This document shows, one piece after another, positions 57,277 to 64,000 of a stretch of DNA of 64,000 nucleotides. Made by a program: the position numbers and the translations under genes. The stretch is from positions 280,666-344,665 of the forward strand of contig NIVC01000639.1 in NCBI GenBank assembly GCA_002269645.1, in the 5' to 3' direction. Position 1 is the first letter of the stretch, and every line of letters starts with the position of its first letter. Source of the DNA: Macrostomum lignano. Its lineage: Eukaryota. The notes under the pieces were generated by a model. The model did no database searches. It saw nothing but the letters and a program-made list of their open reading frames with translations, and was not told the origin of the DNA.

Positions 57277-57776
57277 TCAGTCAGTCAGTCAGTCAGTCAG
57301 TCAGTCAGTCAGTCAGTCAGTCAGTCAGTCAGTCAGTCAGTCAGTCAGTCAGTCAGTCAGTCAGTCAGTCAGTCAGTCAGTCAGTCAGTCAGTCAGTCAG
57401 TCAGTCAGTCAGTCAGTCAGTCAGTCAGTCAGTCAGTCAGTCAGTCAGTCAGTCAGTCAGTCAGTCAGTCAGTCAGTCAGTCAGTCAGTCAGTCAGTCAG
57501 TCAGTCAGTCAGTCAGTCAGTCAGTCAGTCAGTCAGTCAGTCAGTCAGTCAGTCAGTCAGTCAGTCAGTCAGTCAGTCAGTCAGTCAGTCAGTCAGTCAG
57601 TCAGTCAGTCAGTCAGTCAGTCAGTCAGTCAGTCAGTCAGTCAGTCAGTCAGTCAGTCAGTCAGTCAGTCAGTCAGTCAGTCAGTCAGTCAGTCAGTCAG
57701 TCAGTCAGTCAGTCAGTCAGTCAGTCAGTCAGTCAGTCAGTCAGTCAGTCAGTCAGTCAGTCAGTCAGTCAGTCAG
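57277..57776. repeat. (TCAG)n microsatellite, 500 bp (~125 units)
   Basis: no interruptions seen. Confidence 0.97.
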
Positions 57777-58329
57777 ATTCCCGCAGAGACTCGCAAACTG
57801 AAACCCCATACTTCTCCCTCAGTGTGACATTCGAGCAGCCCCAGAGCTCAAACCGCGCCTTAGTAACAAACTCAACAGGGCAGCAAAGCATTTCAGCTTT
57901 CAAAGTTGGCTACAGTGGCTGGCTGCATCTGTTTCCTTTGAGCCTTTGTGGCGTATCAAAACAAAGGAGAATTGTGGAAATCATAAACCGCTACTCTTCA
58001 TGGAGACTGAGAGGGATATTTTAGAGCAGCACCGATCCCTCGCATCCCTTGCCTGCAGTTTAGGCCCGCCTGGCTTGATTGAAATTCCAATGCTCCCGAT
58101 GCCCCCCAGGTTGCGTAATCATTGATCAGCATCAATAACAGCCTCTGACCTCCCCAGCTTTGCAAAACTGTCACGCAAGTGAGCAGCGCAGCGGGGCTCT
58201 CGCAGTTCACGACAGAGTGAGTTGACCTCCGTGATTTGACTGGCATCCTCTGCGCTGTGGATAAAGTCTACAGTTGCTATGACGACTCCAAACACCCGAA
58301 ACACCCGCGCCACCGATAGCCCCTTTAAC

Positions 58330-59345
58330 AATAACCCAACAGCACACTAACAGCACCCTAACAACACCCTAGCAGCACCCTAACAACACCCTAACAACAC
58401 CCAAGCAGCACCCTAATAACACCCTAGCAGCACCCTAACAACACCCTAGCAGCACCCTAACAACACCCTAGCAGCACCCTAACAACACCCTAGCAGCACC
58501 CTAACAACACCCTAACAACACCCAAGCAGCACCCTAATAACACCCTAGCAGCACACTAACAACACCCTAGCAGCACCCTAACAACACCCTAGCAGCACCC
58601 TAACAACACCCTAGCAGCACCCTAACAACACCCTAACAACACCCAAGCAGCACCCTAATAACACCCTAGCAGCACCCTAACAACACCCTAGCAGCACCCT
58701 AACAACACCCTAGCAGCACCCTAACAACACCCTAGCAGCACCCTAACAACACCCTAACAACACCCTAACAACACCCTAGCAGTACCCTAACAGCACCCTA
58801 AGAACACCCTAGCAGCACCCTAACAGCACCCTAACAACACCCAAGCAGCACCCTAACAACACCCTAACAACACCCTAAGAACACCCTAGCAGCACCCTAA
58901 CAACACCCTAACAACACCCTAGCAGCACCCTAACAACACCCTAACAACACCCTAACAACACTCTAACAACACCCTAACAGCACCCTAACAACATCCTAAC
59001 AACACCCTAACAACACCCTAGCAGCACCCTAACAGCACCCTAACAACACCCTAGCAGCACCCTAACAGCACCCTAACAACACCCAAGCAGCACCCTAACA
59101 ACACCCTAACAACACCCTAAGAACACCCTAGCAGCACCCTAACAACACCCTAACAACACCCTAGCAGCACCCTAACAACACCCTAACAACACCCTAAGAA
59201 CACCCTAGCAGCACCCTAACAACACCCTAACAACACCCTAGCAGCACCCTAACAACACCCTAGCAACACCCTATCAGCACCCTAACAACACCCTAGCAAC
59301 ACCCCATCAGCACCCTAACAACGCCCCCAACAGAACCCCAACAGC
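58330..59345. repeat. 11-bp minisatellite CACCCTAACAA/CACCCTAGCAG
   Basis: ~90 copies with a CCCTAA core. Confidence 0.95.
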
Positions 59346-59717
59346 GCCCCCAGCAACACCCAACGGCGCCACGTCATGCAATTCCAGCTGCTGTAAATTC
59401 ACGCCATTTTCAGCATCTCTGTCGCCTCCCTTCACAAACCGGCACAGCAGATCCTCAGGCACTGCGGGCTCAGTTCTGAAACTGAGCGGCTGTTTCTCAC
59501 AATTTCCTTCAGCCATCCGTGGCGATAAGAACCGCTGCCAGCAGCCACTAATCAGCCGCGATCATCCCCCACCCCCTGCAGACAGATAATTGAGTTCATC
59601 ATGCCAGCAGCTGCTCCTGCCACAGATGGCACTGGGACTGAATGCTTGCTGCTGCTGCAACTGATAGACTCTGATTTGAACTCTTCTCTGTATCTTTGGG
59701 GAGGAGAAACAGTTCGT

Positions 59718-61090
59718 CACTGCCTATCTGATTGTGTCCTCACTGCCTATCTGAGATTGTGTCCTCACTGCCTATCTGATTGTGTCCTAACCGTCTATCT
59801 GAGATTGTGTCCTCACTGCCTATCTGATTGTGTCCTCACTGCCTATCTGATTGTGTCCTCACCGTCTATCTGAGATTGTGTCCTCCCTGCCTATCTGAGA
59901 TTGTGTCCTCCCCGCCTAACTGAGATTGTGTCCTCACTGCCTATCTGATTGTGTCCTCACTGCCTATCTGAGATTGTGTCCTCACTGCCTATCTGATTGT
60001 GTCCTCACTGCCTTTCTGAGATTATGTCCTCACTGCCTATCTGATTGTGTTCTCACTGCCTATCTGATTGTGTTCTCACTGCCTATCTGATTGTGTCCTC
60101 ACTGCCTATCTGAGATTGTGTCCTCACTGCCTATCTGATTGTGTCCTCCCTGCCTATCTGAGATTGTGTCCTCCCCGCCTAACTGAGATTGTGTCCTCAT
60201 TGCCTATCTGATTGTGTCCTCACTGCCTATCTGAGATTGTGTCCTCCCCGCCTATCTGAGATTGTGTCCTCATTGCCTATCTGATTGTGTCCTCACTGCC
60301 TATCTGATTGTGTCCTCTTTGCCTATCTGATTGTGTCCTCACTGCCTATCTGATTGTGTCCTCACTGCCTATCTGATTGTGTCCTCACTGCCTATCTGAG
60401 ATTGTGTCCTCACTGCCTATCTGATTGTGTCCTCCCTGCCTATCTGAGATTGTGTCCTCCCCGCCTAACTGAGATTGTGTCCTCATTGCCTATCTGATTG
60501 TGTCCTCACTGCCTATCTGAGATTGTGTCCTCCCCGCCTATCTGAGATTGTGTCCTCATTGCCTATCTGATTGTGTCCTCACTGCCTATCTGATTGTGTC
60601 CTCCCCGCCTATCTGAGATTGTGTCCTCATTGCCTATCTGATTGTGTCCTCACTGCCTATCTGAGATTGTGTCCTCCCCGCCTAACTGAGATTGTGTCCT
60701 CATTGCCTATCTGATTGTGTCCTCACTGCCTATCTGAGATTGTGTCCTCACTGCCTATCTGAGATTGTGTCCTCACTGCCTATCTGAGATTGTGTCCTCA
60801 CTGCCTATCTGATTGTGTCCTCCCTGCCTATCTGATTGTCTCCTCACTGCCTATCTGAGATTGTGTCCTCACTGCTATCTGAGATTGTGTCCTCACTGCT
60901 TATCTGAGATTGTGTCCTCACTGCCTATCTGATTGTGTCCTCACTGCCTATCTGATTGTCTCCTCACTGCCTATCTGATTGTCTCCTCACTGCCTATCTG
61001 AGATTGTGTCCTCACTGCTATCTGAGATTGTGTCCTCACTGCTATCTGAGATTGTGTCCTCACTGCTTATCTGAGATTGTGTCCTCAATA
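59718..61090. repeat. 23/25-bp minisatellite CTCACTGCCTATCTGA(GA)TTGTGTC
   Basis: ~55 copies. Confidence 0.95.
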
Positions 61091-61384
61091 TCTGCGTCAT
61101 AATTAACCCTATAGCATATTTTTTCACCTCAAAGTCTGCAAAAGGCCTCTCTACGTGTCCTCACTGACTTCATAAGTCGCAAAGCACAGGGCACTCTTTC
61201 GGGACAAAGTCCATCATTTATCAGGAAAGCTTCTTTTTGAATTTGAAATTATCTAAAATCTCACCAAGCTTTTAGACCAGAAAAATCCCTTTATCGCCCC
61301 GAGCTGCCCCTACTCAATCATTATTAAGCTGGGGACAAAAAGTTTAACGAAAGCTGTGACTGAAAAACGGTGTGATAGACTATG

Positions 61385-62165
61385 CCATTTGATTTTAGGG
61401 TGTGCCATTTGATTTGAGGTATGTGCCATTTGATTCGAGGGGAGTGCCATTTGATTCGAGGGGTGTGCCATTTGATTTGAGGAGGGTCCCATTTGATTTT
61501 AGGGTGTGCCATTTGATTTGAGGGGTGTGCCATTTGATTTGAGGGGTGTGCCACTTGATTTGAGAGGTGTGCCACTTGATTCGAGGGGTGTGCCATTTGA
61601 TTTGAGGGGTGTGCCATTTGATTCGAGGGGTGTGCCATTTGATTCGAGGGGTGTGCCATTTGATTCGAGGGGTGTGCCATTTGATTTGAGGGGTGTGCCA
61701 TTTGATTTGAGGGGTGCCATTTGATTTGTGGGGTGTGCCATTTGATTCGAGGGGTGTGCCATTTGATTCGAGGGGTGTGCCATTTGATTTGAGGAGGCGC
61801 CATTTGATTTTAGGGCGTGCCATTTAATTTGAGGAGGCGCCATTTGATTTTAGGGTGTGCCATTTGATTTGAGGGGCGCCATTTGATTTGAGGAGGCGCC
61901 ATTTGATTTTAGGGTGTGCCATTTGATTCGAGGGGTGTGCCATTTGATTTGAGGAGGCGCCATTTGATTTTAGGGTGTGCCATTTGATTTGAGGGGGCGC
62001 CATTTGATTTGAGGAGGCGCCATTTGATTTTAGGGTGTGCCATTTGATTCGAGGGGTGTGCCATTTGATTTGAGGAGGCGCCATTTGATTTTAGGGTGTG
62101 CCATTTGATTTGAGGGGGCGCCATTTGATTTGAGGGGGCGCCACACTACTGCAAGGGGCGCCATT
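61385..62165. repeat. 19-21-bp minisatellite GCCATTTGATTTGAGGGGTGT
   Basis: ~38 copies. Confidence 0.94.
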
Positions 62166-62863
62166 TAATTTTGCCAGCCGGCTGGAGGGACAGCCCCCAC
62201 TGCCCCCCCCCTGGCTACGTCTTCACTGAGCCTCATCTGCCTCATCAACAGTGTGACGGGGCCCAGCCTCATCACCCAGCCAAGCCACCATGCGGAACAG
62301 ACTGGAGGGGACTCAAAAATCTCTCGAACTGAATTCTCCCGTGGGGATTCGCATGCGGCTGCAAATTCGCGAATCTGGGCGGCGCCATAGACAAAAATTA
62401 GCGCTCGGGTTCCCTCTGCCCCCCCCCCCCCTAAGCGATGACGCAACAGCAACCGGCTCGTTTGTGGCAGCCGACTATCCCTCAATTTAGGGATTTTCAT
62501 CCCAGCCGCATCGATTTTTATCTGCGGCCCCCCGGCTTCCTCTCAATTCGCTTCAGAGATTCTTTTAAACGGCGTGATTTGGTCGGCAGCTCCCTGGCTG
62601 GGCCCTCGAGGCGGACAGAGCGTGCCGAGGACCGGAGAAAGCAGCGTCGGGCGTCGTGCCCAGCTGCCCGCCATTGTTCTCGTTCAGCCAGGCGGGGAGG
62701 AGGCTGGTGGCCCAATTTCCAAAATAAAAACTTCGCAGAGCGCGCGGCGGAGAGAAAAAGGCGGAACAGAAAGGTGGAGACTTGTTCGATAGTGGCCGAT
62801 TTTTGAGCTCCCTCAGTTTGATTTGCCAACAGTTTAACTCGGCATTGAGTTAATGAGCTGCCG

Positions 62864-63360
62864 TCTGCTGCCGTCTGCTGCCGTCTGCTGCCGTCTGCTG
62901 CCTCTCAGTTCAGACGGACTGCCTTGCCTCCTGCTGCCCCTCTCTTCTCTCACCTCTCCTCTCTCTCTCTTGCCTCTCTCCCTCTCTGCCCTCTCCCCCT
63001 CCCCTCTCTCCCTCTCTTCCCGCTCTCCCCTCTCTCCCTCTCTCCCCTCTTTCCGCTCTCCCTTTCTCCTCTCTCCCCTCTTCTCCCTCTCTCCCCTCTC
63101 TCCCCTCTCTCGCCTCTCTCCCCTCTCTCCCCTCTCTCCCTCTCTCCCCTCTCTCCCCTCTCTCCCCCTCTCTTCCCTCTCTCTCCCCTCTCCTTCTCCC
63201 CTCTCTCCCCTCTCTCCCTTCTCCTCCTCCCTCTCTCCCCTTCCTCTTCCCTCTTCTCTCCCCTCTCTTCCCTCTCTCCCCTCTCTTCCCCTCTCTTCCC
63301 TCTCTCCCTCTCTTCCCTCCTCCCCTCTCTTCCCTCTCTCCCCTCTCTCCCTCTCTCCCA
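62864..63360. repeat. 10-bp CTGCCGTCTG x4 followed by a ~430-bp CT-only polypyrimidine tract
   Basis: direct. Confidence 0.92.
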
Positions 63361-64000
63361 TCTCCTGGTCCAACTGGTTGCATATTAAAAGATATGAGAG
63401 CTTCATCATGATATCATACTGAGAGCTGTCATATCGTCTGACCAAATGAATTGTCAAATCCAGTGCTCGCCAATCAAACTGCGCTGTCATGTCATGCTCG
63501 CTTAATCAGGCACCTCCCTGTCTTCCTATCTCCTATCTATCCATTATTTCCCAGCTCGAACCCCCAAGCCGTAATGCCTGGGTCATTAGTCAGTTTATCG
63601 CAGGTGAATTGTCTGGTTATGAATTATAAATTGCAAGATGGCATTGATGGGGCCCTTCGAACCCAGCCTTCAGCAGCGAATATCCAGCTCTCGGGTTCGG
63701 GAATGCCAAACCTCCCCCCCCCCACATTGCCGTCATGGCCCGGGCAGACAAAGCTTTTTTTAACAAAATAATTTGGGAAAAAGTTACCCGCCAACGACTT
63801 TATTTATTCTCTTCCCTTGAAAGCGTTGCGTGCCGCCGCCTTGGGTAGGCGAGGAGCCTCTTTGTCACCCCCCCCCCCCCAGTGAGTCACCGCACAGCAG
63901 CTGCTGCAGAGAGTTGAAAACAGCAAAAACAACAAAAAACTTGTCCCCTCGCTTGTCGCGACGAATTCAATTGACGAAACCTTCCTGTGTTGGCACCTGC

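Overview
Eukaryotic (metazoan) genomic DNA, not prokaryotic. GC-rich spliced exons sit in introns packed with tandem repeats. The style resembles the flatworm Macrostomum lignano, but that is inference and unverified. Four genes were reconstructed by hand from GT-AG junctions and protein motifs. (1) A ZDHHC3/7-type palmitoyltransferase (+, 5 exons, ~945-2926). (2) A short KDM4 JmjN/JmjC histone demethylase with an 18-bp coding repeat tail (+, 4572-6236). (3) A zf-3CxxC (RTP/ZAR1-family) protein (-, at least 4 exons, 8566 to ~17540, start unresolved). (4) The first 14 exons (~3344 aa) of a giant Fat-like (FAT1-3/kugelei-type) cadherin (+, 20638-54347, continuing beyond the window). About 40 tandem arrays, nearly all with their own unit, cover roughly 30 kb (~47%, hand estimate), and most long ORFs in the track are artefacts of these arrays. 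Three intronic arrays are tandem copies of a real exon-intron junction: 22 donor copies, 4 donor copies and 5 acceptor copies, each decoy leading to a stop or frameshift. A 15-bp array supplies a ladder of same-phase acceptors that could insert up to 132 aa of Ala/Pro/Ser repeat into the cadherin. Two arrays show kb-scale higher-order periodicity. No CRISPR array, rRNA or tRNA gene is supported.
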